Part shown: positions 1 to 9,945 of the stretch, one piece after another
Position numbering within the stretch: the stretch's first letter is position 1
Layout of the letters: every line of letters begins with the position of its first letter
Origin: Candidatus Bathyarchaeota archaeon
GTDB lineage: Archaea > Thermoproteota > Bathyarchaeia > TCS64
DNA: 64,000 nt
Direction of reading: 5' to 3'
NCBI GenBank assembly: GCA_963769425.1
Contig: CAVYLP010000001.1
Location: 192,001 to 256,000, forward strand
Position numbers and translations under genes: made by a program
Notes under the pieces: generated by a model
Told to the model about the DNA's origin: nothing
Seen by the model: only the letters and a program-made list of their open reading frames with translations
Databases searched by the model: none

Positions 1-763
1 TGAGGCCTTTGTTCGCCTCCATCTCCTCAGCTATCGCGTCCGCGATCCACCCCTTGTAGAAGGCGTCCCTCCCGCCCTCGGATATCGCCTTGAGGCTCTT
101 CGCCAGGTCCTTCTGGACGAACATCTCCGGCTCGGGGATGTCGTAGCTGAATGGGATGTAGGGGAACTGGGAGTCGTGCAGGAATGTCCTCCTCCACTCG
201 GGGAGGTGCCAGAAGGTCTTCATGCGCTGGAAGATGTAACCAGCAGTCCACCAGCCGACTGGGAAACCCTCCTCGGCGACGCTTATCGCTGGTGCTAAAA
301 CTTCGGGTAGCTTCATCGTCCCGTGGCGCTCTAGCGCCTCGATGAGACCAGCCACGGTCCCCGGCGTAACGCAAGCCCTGTGGCCGAGGACGTTGGCGTC
401 GCCAACGACGCTCCTCCAACCCATCCACCCAGGCTCAGTCGCCTCGGACAGCTCGTACATGTCGGGTGTGCAGTCCTTCGAGGGCCTCCCGACGTAGTCC
501 ACTATAACGTTCTCCCCGGAGGCCATGTGGATGGCCATTACGCCCTCCCCGCCGATGCCGTTCATCGCGGGCTCGACGACGCAGTCCATGAAGGCCGCCG
601 CCACCGCCGCGTCAACTGCGTTCCCCCCGCGCCGAATCATCTTGCACCCCGCCTCCCCGATGAAGGTGTGCTTCGAGGCCACAACCCCGTTCGAGGCGAC
701 GCCGTCGTGCCTACCGGGACCACCCCAACGCCTAAGCTGATAGACGAGCCCAGAATCAGACAT
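1..763 (-). CDS. ggt: Gamma-glutamyltransferase family protein (N-terminal part; runs off window; frameshift near 200)
   Basis: Manual translation from ATG 763: MSDSGLVYQ...GVVASKH...GGNAVDAAVAAAF...EPAMNGIGGEG...VTPGTVAG...LAPAISVAEEGFPV. After a frame change at a C-run near 200 it continues QKDLAKSLKAISEGGRDAFYKGWIADAI. These are typical GGT motifs. Confidence 0.9.
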   Translation of the reverse strand, partial: MSDSGLVYQLRRWGGPGRHDGVASNGVVASKHTFIGEAGCKMIRRGGNAVDAAVAAAFMDCVVEPAMNGIGGEGVMAIHMASGENVIVDYVGRPSKDCTPDMYELSEATEPGWMGWRSVVGDANVLGHRACVTPGTVAGLIEALERHGTMKLPEVLAPAISVAEEGFPVGWWTAGYIFQRMKTFWHLPEWRRTFLHDSQFPYIPFSYDIPEPEMFVQKDLAKSLKAISEGGRDAFYKGWIADAIAEEMEANKGL

Positions 764-846
764 GATCAGTGATCGTCGGGATGGTTTAAACCCCTTCCCG
801 TGCCCCGGGGTTAAGCTTGAATATCCGAGGGGCGCATCCCATACCC

Positions 847-1173
847 ATGTCCGAGAAACTTCAGGAGTTCCTAGCGACAGGTAAGGACTGGGCGAAGGTG
901 AAGACCACCGTCCCCGGCGTCTTCATACAGAAGCTACCATCCTACCACGGCCAGCCCGCACGCCTCGCTATAGAGGTAAACCCAGTCGACGCCTCCGGCG
1001 CCCCCACGAAGAGGAAGGGCCTCCTAATCCGGGATGTCTCCGAGTATGAGGAGTTCAAAGAGATACTCAGCAACGAGAAGATGGAAACCGTCTTCGATAT
1101 GCTCGACAAAGTAAACCCCCCGACTCAGAAAAAGCAGAGGGGCGGCCTAGAGGACGACGTAATCGACATCTAG
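847..1173 (+). CDS. Conserved hypothetical protein
   Basis: ORF with host-like codon usage; likely ATG at 847 (MSEKLQEFL); no family recognised. Confidence 0.7.
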   Translation: MSEKLQEFLATGKDWAKVKTTVPGVFIQKLPSYHGQPARLAIEVNPVDASGAPTKRKGLLIRDVSEYEEFKEILSNEKMETVFDMLDKVNPPTQKKQRGGLEDDVIDI

Positions 1174-1214
1174 CCACCCAAAACCTCTTCCCGCTATTTG
1201 TCAATCCTAGATTA

Positions 1215-2300
1215 ATGAGCAAGAAAGACTCGATTCTCGACCTTTTCTACAGGCTCGCTGAGGTCCAAGCCCCCTCCGGCTTCGAGGAGCCGATGATGAA
1301 GGCATTCATCGACGAGATCAAACCATACGTCGACGAAGTCCACGAGACCCCCCGCGGCAACGTTATAGCAACGCAGAGGGGCACCGACCCAAAGGCTCCA
1401 AAGGTAGCCCTAGTTGCCCACCTCGACCAGATCGGATTCATAGTCTTCAACGTAGATCCCACTGGCTTCGTGAGGTTCAGAAAGATAGGCGGAAGCGTCA
1501 CCCGCGCAATACAAGGGCAGCATCTTCAGATACTCACCGAGAAAGGCCCCGTCCTTGGCGTCGTTGGGATGAAACCCGGCCACATAACCACCCCCGCCGA
1601 GGCAAACACGATTCCCCAAATAGAGGACATGTACATCGATATCGGCGCCGCCAGCAGAGACGAAGCTGAGGCGATGGGTGTGAGGAACGGCACACCGATA
1701 ACCTACTCCACAACACCCGTCAAGCTCGCCAACGACTTAGTCGCGGCTCCCAGCATCGACGACCGCGCCGGATGCACTGCGGTGATTCTCGTTGCTAAGT
1801 CCTTCGCTAAAAAGCGCCCCAAAGCAACAATCTACTATATCGGCTCCGTTGAGGAAGAGATAGGACTCAGGGGGGCAGAAACGTGCCTACACGACCTTGA
1901 TGTCGATATGGCTGTCGCTGTCGACACCTTCCCCGCAGGCTACCAACCCGACGTCAATATGCGCGACATCTACTATGAGGTCGGGAAGGGGCCGGGCCTC
2001 CATGTGGGGGAGATCGGCGAAAGGGTCCGTATTCAGAGCCAGCAGGTTCATAGATGGCTCCGCAAGACTGCTGAGGCTCACGACATCCCACATCAGGTCG
2101 GTATAATGAGCGGGGGCACAGATGCTATGTCAATGATGCAGACCCGCGGAGGCATCCCATCAGCAACAATAGGCATACCTCGCCGCTACAGTCACAGCCC
2201 CGTGGAGGTCTTTTCCCCTAACGACCTTGAAAACCTCATCAAGATAATCACCACAGCAATACAAGAGCTTGGTCCAAGCTTTACAACTGCCAGAATTTAG
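1215..2300 (+). CDS. M42 family aminopeptidase (TET/FrvX-like)
   Basis: APSGFE, AHLDQIG, DDRAG, EEIGLRGA, GGTDA, RYSHSP motifs. Confidence 0.93.
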   Translation: MSKKDSILDLFYRLAEVQAPSGFEEPMMKAFIDEIKPYVDEVHETPRGNVIATQRGTDPKAPKVALVAHLDQIGFIVFNVDPTGFVRFRKIGGSVTRAIQGQHLQILTEKGPVLGVVGMKPGHITTPAEANTIPQIEDMYIDIGAASRDEAEAMGVRNGTPITYSTTPVKLANDLVAAPSIDDRAGCTAVILVAKSFAKKRPKATIYYIGSVEEEIGLRGAETCLHDLDVDMAVAVDTFPAGYQPDVNMRDIYYEVGKGPGLHVGEIGERVRIQSQQVHRWLRKTAEAHDIPHQVGIMSGGTDAMSMMQTRGGIPSATIGIPRRYSHSPVEVFSPNDLENLIKIITTAIQELGPSFTTARI

Positions 2301-2409
2301 GCAGTGAAACATTTACACCACGAATATTAGCTATAATTAACTAATATAATAGTAAATAATATTATAACTCCATCACCATTTAAAAAAGGCTAAAATAACT
2401 ACATAAGGC

Positions 2410-2766
2410 ATGGGCAAAGGCTCAATTCTATTAGTCGACGACGACACGATGAGCAGCCAAATATTGAGCTTCATTCTCACGGATGAGGGCTATGATGTCG
2501 ATCTTGCTGAGACAGGGGAATTGGGCGTCGAAAAGGTATCTATGAAGAAGTTTGACCTAGTGCTCTTGGACTTTCTTCTACCAGATATGAAAGGACATGA
2601 CGCATCAGTAATAATGAAGAAAGTTTCACCAGATACTAAAATAGTGCTGCTAACGGGGTATTCTAAGAGTGGTGATGAGACAAACGAAAAAGACTATGCG
2701 CGGGTTCTCCTGAAACCAATTCACCCTGAATTAATTCTCAAAACGATAGCAGAGGTCCTCGGCTAG
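2410..2766 (+). CDS. Single-domain response regulator receiver (CheY-like)
   Basis: ILLVDDD, DLVLLD (phospho-Asp), LPDMKG, LLTG, LLKP; lower GC than neighbours. Confidence 0.9.
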   Translation: MGKGSILLVDDDTMSSQILSFILTDEGYDVDLAETGELGVEKVSMKKFDLVLLDFLLPDMKGHDASVIMKKVSPDTKIVLLTGYSKSGDETNEKDYARVLLKPIHPELILKTIAEVLG

Positions 2767-2878
2767 ATAACTACTAAAGTGAAAATTAGAAGCATATTAT
2801 AAATCACATATTATGAAATATTAACAATATTGCAAGGTATTTCTACTTCCACTCTCACCAATATCATTGGTGGGTTAG

Positions 2879-3631
2879 TTGGTTGACGTCCGCTTGCTCA
2901 AGATGACCGGTTACCTCCTAAAGGAGAATTACTTCGATAAGGCGATCCTGCCGCTGGGGTCAACGGAATATCACGGTGACCATTTACCCTTTGGTACGGA
3001 TACACTTGTCGCTGAGAGCTTAGCCGAAGCTGTAGCCCAGCGGGTGAACGGGATGTTGTGCCTCCCCGCCCTCCCCTTCGGCATGAGTCGCCACTACTCC
3101 AGCTTCCCCCTCTCCATCACTCTTTCTACGGAGACCCAGATACATGTGATCAAGGAGATTTTGGACTCCCTGAACCAGCAGGGGCTACGAAGGCTCCTCA
3201 TCATCAATGGGCATGACGGAAATCTCCCAGGGATCGAGGCTGCGACGAGAGAGTACCGCGTCGAACACCCCGAAATGAAGATAGCCGTTCTCGACGCCTG
3301 GTGGATATCAGCTGTTGAGCTTCTACCTAAGGGGACCTTCGAGGCTTGGGGGGGCCTCGGCCACGCGGGGGAGGCCGAGACATCAATAATGTTGAAAGTG
3401 GCGCCAGAGCTCGTGAATCTAAGCAGGGCAAAGGGACATGTTCCCATTCTCCCCGAACACGTTCAGGTCAAGTGGCTTTTCAAGGAGATCACCCCCTTCG
3501 GCGTCACCGGCGACCCGACGAAGGCAACGTCTGAGAAGGGCATACTAATGTGGAACGCCCTTGTAGATCACCTAGTCTCCTTCGTCGAGGACATGGACCG
3601 CGACGGCTGGGAAGTCGACAAACAGCAGTAG
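2879..3631 (+). CDS. Creatininase family amidohydrolase
   Basis: PLGSTEYHGDHLPFGTD, INGHDGN, GHAGEAETS, GVTGDP motifs. Confidence 0.92.
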   Translation: MVDVRLLKMTGYLLKENYFDKAILPLGSTEYHGDHLPFGTDTLVAESLAEAVAQRVNGMLCLPALPFGMSRHYSSFPLSITLSTETQIHVIKEILDSLNQQGLRRLLIINGHDGNLPGIEAATREYRVEHPEMKIAVLDAWWISAVELLPKGTFEAWGGLGHAGEAETSIMLKVAPELVNLSRAKGHVPILPEHVQVKWLFKEITPFGVTGDPTKATSEKGILMWNALVDHLVSFVEDMDRDGWEVDKQQ

Positions 3632-3681
3632 CATCGTATGTGTTTTATCCCCAACCCCGGGCATTCATACCGGGATTAGTC

Positions 3682-4863
3682 ATGAAAGTACTTGTGCTCG
3701 GTACCGGGAAGATGGGTTATGGCTTAATGAAGGACCTTGTGGCCCAGAAAGAAGTTGAGGAGATAGTCGCGGCCGACGCGAACATCGACGCCGCGAAGAA
3801 TGTCGCCGCACGGATCGGCAACGACAAGGTGAAGGGCACCCAGAAGCTCGACGTCACCGACAAGAAGGCGACGGTGAAGCTCATCAAGGGCTTCGATGTA
3901 GTCATTGCCGCCATCCCGAGGACGTTCTGCGACCAGGCAATATCTGCCACAATCGAGGCTGGCGTAAGCTGGGCAGACATCGCGGCCGACTTCAACACGG
4001 TCTTCAGCATGGATGCGGCGGCGAAGAAGGCGGGCGTCACCGTTATCCCCCACTGCGGTCTAGACGTCGGCACCGACAGGATACTCCTCGGTGTCGGCTC
4101 GAGGAAGCTCGACAAGGTGGATAAGCTCTATGTAGCCTGCGGTGGCTTCCCACAGAAGGGGACACCCGGCTACTACAATCCGCTCAATTATAAGATCAGC
4201 TGGAGTTGGCCATTCGCCATACAGGGCAGCATTGGCACATGTAAGATCCTCAAAAATGGCAAGACCATCGAGATCAAGGTCCTCAGCGACCCAGGACCCA
4301 TAGAGTTCCCGGAGCCCCTCGGAATGCTCGAGGCATACACCAACAGCGGCCTCATGGACACGGTGGAGCACCTCGATCTCAAGGGGGTCAAGGATGCATA
4401 TGGTCAGACCATCAGGTGGCCAGGCCACTGCGCCATGTGGACGAAGCTCAAGGACCTACACCTTATGGACAAGGAGCCCTTGAAGGTGAAGGGCGTGGAC
4501 GTGAGCCCGCTCGAGTTCTGGGAGGTGTGGGGCAACAAGTACCTCCAGTACGAGCCCGACGAGGGGGACGCCATCTGCCAGCGCGTCATCGTCAGCGGGA
4601 AGAAGGACGGGGCATCCGCCTCCTACACCTACGAGTTCATGGAGTTCCAGGACTTCAAGAACGGCCTCTCCGCCATGGCGAAGACGACGGCCTTCCCCTG
4701 CAGTATAGTCGGCCAGATGATAGCGAAGGGGCAGATGAAGGTACCCGGCGTCATCCACCCGGCGAGGATCGGCTACGATGAGAAGCTCTCCGACATCTTC
4801 TTCAAGGAGATGGCGCGCCGCGACATCAAGATAACGGAGAGCTTCAAGAGCCCCCTCAACTGA
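3682..4863 (+). CDS. Saccharopine dehydrogenase / lysine 6-dehydrogenase family protein
   Basis: Rossmann VLGTGKMG from ATG 3682; CGG.PQ, NPLNYKISWS, TIRWPGH, SAMAKTTAFP. Confidence 0.88.
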   Translation: MKVLVLGTGKMGYGLMKDLVAQKEVEEIVAADANIDAAKNVAARIGNDKVKGTQKLDVTDKKATVKLIKGFDVVIAAIPRTFCDQAISATIEAGVSWADIAADFNTVFSMDAAAKKAGVTVIPHCGLDVGTDRILLGVGSRKLDKVDKLYVACGGFPQKGTPGYYNPLNYKISWSWPFAIQGSIGTCKILKNGKTIEIKVLSDPGPIEFPEPLGMLEAYTNSGLMDTVEHLDLKGVKDAYGQTIRWPGHCAMWTKLKDLHLMDKEPLKVKGVDVSPLEFWEVWGNKYLQYEPDEGDAICQRVIVSGKKDGASASYTYEFMEFQDFKNGLSAMAKTTAFPCSIVGQMIAKGQMKVPGVIHPARIGYDEKLSDIFFKEMARRDIKITESFKSPLN

Positions 4864-4957
4864 TCCCTTTTAGACAATCGTCGAATAGATCATCTACCAG
4901 CATCGCCTAGCTTTTATCACTGATCGGGAAAGCTATCTGCAAGAAGAGGCTATACGC

Positions 4958-6229
4958 ATGGTATCGAGCAGAATCTCAGGCTTCTATAAGATGCCCGTCG
5001 ATGAGCGGCTCAAGATCGTCGCCGAGCAGGTCGGACTCACCCCCGAAGAGGTAAAGCTACTCAAGGCGGGCGGCGGACTCGGCATCGACCAGGCAGACCA
5101 CATGACCGAGAACGTGATCAGCACCATCAACTACCCGTTCAGCGTCGCGGTCAACTTCATGCTAAACGGCAGGGACCTCCTCATACCCATGGCGGGGGAA
5201 GAGCCCAGCGTCGTCGCTGCCGCGAGCAACATGGCGCGCATAATGAGGAACGGCTTCGGCATCAAGGTCACGAGCAGCCCACCCATCATGATCGGACAGA
5301 TACAACTCACTGACATTCCCGACATGAAGAAGGCCATCAACACCCTCCGCGAGAGGAAGCAGAAGATCCTCGACATGGCGAACGAGGTCGACCCCGTCCT
5401 AGTCAAGTTCGGGGGAGGCGCTAAAGATCTGGAGTTGCGCCCTCTAGAGACCCCGGCGGGACCGATGCTCATCTGCCACCTATTAGTCGACTGCCGCGAC
5501 GCCATGGGCGCCAACGCCGTCAACACGATGGCTGAAACCCTCGCACCCATGCTGGCCGAGCTCACCGGAGGCAAGTCCCTCCTACGCATCATCAGCAACC
5601 TCGCCGACAGGCGCACCTGCAAGGCCGAGGCCGTGGTGAAGAAGGAGGACATCGGCGGAGAGGACAAGGTCGACAGGATTGTCAAGGCGTGGGCATTCGC
5701 TGACGCGGACCCCTACAGGGCATCCACCCACAACAAGGGCATCATGAACGGCACCATCGCCGTCGCTCTCGCCTTCGCACAGGACCACCGCGCCCTTGAG
5801 GCTGGCGCACACGCCTACGCGGCGAAGACCGGTAGATACCGCAGCCTCAGCAAATGGAGCAAGAACAGCGACGGCGACCTCGTCGGGGAGCTTGAGATAC
5901 CGATGGCGGTCGGCCTCGTCGGAGGCGCGACAAGAAGCCACCCCATGGCCCAGATCGCCGTGAAGATCCTCGGGTGCACGAAGGCCCAGGAGCTTGGTGA
6001 GGCAATGACTGCGGTCGGCCTCGCGCAGAACCTCGGCGCCCTACGCGCACTCACACAGGAGGGCATACAGCAGGGCCACATGAGGCTCCATGCGAGGAAC
6101 CTCATTGTGATGGCCGGCGCCACTCCCGAGATGATGGACGAGGCGGTGAAGCAGCTCATCGAATCCGGCCAGATCCGCTTCCCGAAGGCCCAGGAGATAG
6201 TCGCCAAGCTCAAGGGTATGAAAGCTTGA
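4958..6229 (+). CDS. mvaA: Hydroxymethylglutaryl-CoA reductase, class II
   Basis: SRISGFYK, ENVIS, EEPSVVAAAS, DAMGAN, THNKGIMNG, GLAQNLGALRAL, GHMRLH. Confidence 0.95.
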   Translation: MVSSRISGFYKMPVDERLKIVAEQVGLTPEEVKLLKAGGGLGIDQADHMTENVISTINYPFSVAVNFMLNGRDLLIPMAGEEPSVVAAASNMARIMRNGFGIKVTSSPPIMIGQIQLTDIPDMKKAINTLRERKQKILDMANEVDPVLVKFGGGAKDLELRPLETPAGPMLICHLLVDCRDAMGANAVNTMAETLAPMLAELTGGKSLLRIISNLADRRTCKAEAVVKKEDIGGEDKVDRIVKAWAFADADPYRASTHNKGIMNGTIAVALAFAQDHRALEAGAHAYAAKTGRYRSLSKWSKNSDGDLVGELEIPMAVGLVGGATRSHPMAQIAVKILGCTKAQELGEAMTAVGLAQNLGALRALTQEGIQQGHMRLHARNLIVMAGATPEMMDEAVKQLIESGQIRFPKAQEIVAKLKGMKA

Positions 6230-6738
6230 CGATCCTCATAGATGACGCCGGTACCGGCGACCTCCTTTGGGGTGTCGTCATCGGCGCATACCAACCCGAG
6301 ACGGACACCTTCCTCTACGACATCATAGACGTCTCGTTCTTCAAGGAGGGGACATTCCAGGAGAAGAAGCACTTCGAGGAGGCGGCGAGGATATCTCTGA
6401 ACCTCGTCGAACGCCTAAACCCGAAGACCTATGAGAAGATCAAGGTCTGCCAAGGTGATATACTCAACATCGCCGCGGAGAGGCTCAAGGAGCGGTACGG
6501 CGAGGACACCGTCGAGCGTGTCCACGTGGAGGGGCGCGCCCAGGAGCTAATCGAGGGCGCCTACACTGACGAGCTTCGGAACCTCGGCTACGAGCCGATG
6601 CCCGACCGCACCGAGAGGTGGGGGAAGAGCTTCTGGCACATGTACGACTGGGTGAAGAGGGACCCCGAGGAGAGGGTCAAGTGGGCGAAGACTGGGTTCC
6701 CCAACCTGAGGAAGTTCAAGATATTCCAGAGCCGCTGA
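6226..6738 (+). CDS. Uncharacterised protein with RNase H-like N-terminal motif (paralogue of 31311-31832)
   Basis: TTG start overlaps the HMGR stop; IDDAGTGDL resembles RNase HII (I/V)DEAGRG; aligns by eye with the 31311-31832 product. Confidence 0.75.
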   Translation: MTILIDDAGTGDLLWGVVIGAYQPETDTFLYDIIDVSFFKEGTFQEKKHFEEAARISLNLVERLNPKTYEKIKVCQGDILNIAAERLKERYGEDTVERVHVEGRAQELIEGAYTDELRNLGYEPMPDRTERWGKSFWHMYDWVKRDPEERVKWAKTGFPNLRKFKIFQSR

Positions 6739-6779
6739 TAATCTTATAACCGGTGGTGCCACCAGATTCAGCGATAAGG

Positions 6780-7307
6780 ATGAAGCCCTGGCTCCTCAAC
6801 ATACTCGCCTGCCCCATCGACAAGCACCACCCCCTCGAAGCCTACTTCTTCAGCTGGGAGACCCCCGAGAAGGATGTAAAGAACATCATAGCCGACGCGG
6901 GGAAGCCCAAGAAGGAGCTGGAGGAGAAGTACAGGATTCTCAGGAAGCAGTTGAGTGATGGTACGATCAGCCCCCTCTCAGTCGCTGCTATAAAGGACCT
7001 CACGGGATCGAAGGTTACAATATCCCTCCAGGTGAAGGCGACGAAACTGCTGCAGAGCAAACCCGAGTCGAAGGAAGACCTAGACACTCTGTACAGTTAC
7101 CTTAACACCCTCGATGTTAGGGAGGGCCTCCTAGTCTGCCCGGAGTGCGGGCGATGGTACCCCATCGGCCGATCCGTCGAGACCATACCGGAGCTAATGC
7201 CGGATGAGTTGAGGGAAGCGGAGAAGGAGTTAGAGTGGCTCGGTAAGTGGAAGGGTGTCGTACCCAAGAAGGTTCTAGACGAGGGTAAGCCCTTCAAACC
7301 GGAGTAG
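6780..7307 (+). CDS. trm112: Trm112 family methyltransferase activator, long form
   Basis: MKPWLLNILACPIDK...EGLLVCPECGRWYPI...IPELMPDELR. Confidence 0.85.
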   Translation: MKPWLLNILACPIDKHHPLEAYFFSWETPEKDVKNIIADAGKPKKELEEKYRILRKQLSDGTISPLSVAAIKDLTGSKVTISLQVKATKLLQSKPESKEDLDTLYSYLNTLDVREGLLVCPECGRWYPIGRSVETIPELMPDELREAEKELEWLGKWKGVVPKKVLDEGKPFKPE

Positions 7308-8079
7308 GCGGCGCTGGAGACTCGGGCACCTGAGGCGCCGGGGCCGCGGCCATCTCGTCCTTGTACGACTTCCACGTGACCCATACGTACCATAGGGCTA
7401 CTACACCCCAGGCGGTGGTCACGGCCTCAGAGGCGATCACCCCCCACTGCCCAGCGTAGATGGCGGTGAAGTTCAGGAAGAAGTGGGACGCAATCGCTAC
7501 GCCCACGAGGTAAGGCTGCTTCTGCCGGAAGGACTGGAGGATGAGGACGCTCATCCCGAGGTGAAAGGCTATTGCGGCAAGCCTCTCCCAGACGCCGACG
7601 AGGACGTACCACTCGGGCGTCGCCGCTATCGAGTTGAGCTGGGCGGTGGTCAAGGTCTGTGGGTAGAAGTAGACCACAACCGCTGTTGAAAGGACGGATA
7701 GACCCACAAGCAGCATGGACTCGATGCCCCCATGCCCAGCCCCGTACATAATGCCGTTCTCAAGCTTATGATCCTTTATGGCAAACCTAAAGGCCACCCA
7801 GCGCGCCCCCTCCTCGAAAATGCCAGCCGTGAGAGAGGGTATGGCGATACTCAGGTAGATGTAAGCGGCGCCGCTAAAGTTGTCGTAGATCCAGACCGCC
7901 GCATAGTTGTTTATCGGCAGCCTGACGACGAAGGCCGTTACCCACATCGCAGCGCCGATGAAGAAGATGGTCCACTTGGCCCCCAGCTTTGAGCCAACCC
8001 AGAAGCCGAGGATCAGAGGGATGAATATCTCTAGGAGCCCCGAGGCGAAAAGTGTGAGGAATAGCGTGAAACTGACCAT
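7294..8079 (-). CDS. YhfC family glutamic-type intramembrane protease
   Basis: Multi-TM; AGIFEEGARW, YGAGHGGIES, ERLAAIAFHLGMS, AIASH. Confidence 0.88.
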   Translation of the reverse strand: MVSFTLFLTLFASGLLEIFIPLILGFWVGSKLGAKWTIFFIGAAMWVTAFVVRLPINNYAAVWIYDNFSGAAYIYLSIAIPSLTAGIFEEGARWVAFRFAIKDHKLENGIMYGAGHGGIESMLLVGLSVLSTAVVVYFYPQTLTTAQLNSIAATPEWYVLVGVWERLAAIAFHLGMSVLILQSFRQKQPYLVGVAIASHFFLNFTAIYAGQWGVIASEAVTTAWGVVALWYVWVTWKSYKDEMAAAPAPQVPESPAPPTPV

Positions 8080-8201
8080 AACTAGGTAGTCGGGGCGAGG
8101 CGTTATTACACTTTACCCCAACGTAGTGAATTAGGTAAAATCGAGAACGAATATGAAATCGAATCTGAGAAGCAACTAGTGTGGAGCGAGTCTATACCTG
8201 T

Positions 8202-8366
8202 TTAGCGGCCTCTGCTCTTCGTCCTCTTAGGGCGAATGTTCTTACTGTGGCACTTGCGACACTTTGTTGCGTTCTTGGGGTTGGTGGCGCCGCACTGCCT
8301 ACAGACGGTCTTCTCTAGGTTCGCTTCGCGGCTGAGTTCTGTCTTGAATGGGTCACGTAGAGCCAT
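8202..8366 (-). CDS. rpl40e: 50S ribosomal protein L40e
   Basis: Not in ORF track. Manual translation: [54 protein letters not shown] (54 aa, CxxC..N....CRKC..RPK). Confidence 0.95.
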   Translation of the reverse strand: MALRDPFKTELSREANLEKTVCRQCGATNPKNATKCRKCHSKNIRPKRTKSRGR

Positions 8367-8604
8367 GTCGATCCACCTTTCAAACGGGCTCTGAAGCTAT
8401 ACGGTCCGGGGTATATTATCTTTTCTCAGATGGAAAGGGGTTATTTGAGGCTCGACGATAAAGTGATAGTGATATAGTCTGCGATGCGGTTGAATATGTA
8501 TATCAGCACCGAATTGAAACAAATGGAGCCTTAACAGGCGCTTTGTGCACTTGGGAAAGGAAAATAAGGGAAAGGCTGACGCCTATACCAGAAGCGACCC
8601 GACT

Positions 8605-9945
8605 ATGATCGAGTGGTTGATCACCGCCTACTTCGCCAGCTTTATGGTCGTCTCAGTGTACACGGTGGCGCTGCTCTTTGTCATAGTCAGGTACAGGCGC
8701 TACAGGGCGCCGGCCTCCGTCGACATCTCCAAGGATACTCCCAACGTCACGGTCCAGCTGCCTGTCTACAATCCCGAAAGGGGGGCCTTCATCCGGTGCC
8801 TCGACACAGTCGTGAAGATGAGCTACCCCCCGGAAAATCTACAGATACAAGTGCTCGACGACAGCACCAAACCGGATGTGGCGGGGTTCGTCCATGACGC
8901 CTGCGCGTCTAGGGGTGTCGAGTTCCTCCACAGGGAGACTAGGGAGGGCTATAGGGCGGGGGCCTTCGCCAGCTCGATGCCCAGTGTGCGCGGGGAGTAT
9001 ATAGCCATCGTAAACGTCGACTGCATACCCCCCGCAGACTTCCTAGAGAGAATGGTGGGCGCGATACATGCCGACCCCAAGATCGGCTACGTGATGTCCA
9101 ACCACGTCTATCACAATAGGTCGTTTAGCGGCCAGACCCAGGTCACCTCCATAATACTGGACATGGGTATAATGAATCTGAACGGGCTCCCCATGCTCAC
9201 GGGATTTGGGGTCGTAATCAGGAAGCAGGCGCTCCTTGACGCCGGTGGTTGGCAGGGGGACACGATCTGCGACGACTACGACACCGGCGCGAGGATACTG
9301 TCGAGTGGCTACGGCTCACTCTTCTTGAGGGACGTCGAGTTCCCGTGCGAGGCCCCCGACACGCTGAAGGAGTACAGGAGGACGGCGGAGAGGTGGGCAC
9401 GGGCCTCAGGCCAGTACATGCGCAAGGACGTTGGCACGATCATAAAGGGTAAGATGGATAGGGTTGACAAGTTTCTCCTCCTAACCCTCTCGACAGGGTT
9501 CGTCCAGATGCTCGCCAGTGTCGTCAACCTGATCGCTGTCTTCGCCTTAATAATGCTAAACGCCATACCTGGGCCCCAATACGCCGCCCTATGGAGTATA
9601 GTTTCCGTCACAGGCTTCTCACTATACGTCTACTACTACCACGTCACGAAGTTTAGGGGGCTACCGATGAGGAAACATTTCCGCGACCTAGTCCTCGCTG
9701 TCGTCGTCGGCTACGGCTCCATCTTCTTCCTCACCTACAACCTCCTTAGGGGGATGCTGGAGACTGGGGCGAGCAGGGCGAGGATGAAGGTGAACTCACT
9801 TTTGGAGTGGACGGTGGTCGACGGTCTCTTCGTCGCGGTGACGGGCTCCACGCTCCTCTTCGCGCTATTTTACCGCAACGCCATCTTGGCGGCCTATATG
9901 CTGCTAAACTTGGTGGGAATCACCCTGATCAGGAAGAAGGCTTAG
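8605..9945 (+). CDS. GT2 cellulose synthase-like glycosyltransferase with degenerate motifs
   Basis: VTVQLPVYN, IQVLDDST, GYRAGA, GGWQGDTICDD, C-terminal TMs; DxD appears as NVD and QxxRW as AERW. Confidence 0.88.
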   Translation: MIEWLITAYFASFMVVSVYTVALLFVIVRYRRYRAPASVDISKDTPNVTVQLPVYNPERGAFIRCLDTVVKMSYPPENLQIQVLDDSTKPDVAGFVHDACASRGVEFLHRETREGYRAGAFASSMPSVRGEYIAIVNVDCIPPADFLERMVGAIHADPKIGYVMSNHVYHNRSFSGQTQVTSIILDMGIMNLNGLPMLTGFGVVIRKQALLDAGGWQGDTICDDYDTGARILSSGYGSLFLRDVEFPCEAPDTLKEYRRTAERWARASGQYMRKDVGTIIKGKMDRVDKFLLLTLSTGFVQMLASVVNLIAVFALIMLNAIPGPQYAALWSIVSVTGFSLYVYYYHVTKFRGLPMRKHFRDLVLAVVVGYGSIFFLTYNLLRGMLETGASRARMKVNSLLEWTVVDGLFVAVTGSTLLFALFYRNAILAAYMLLNLVGITLIRKKA

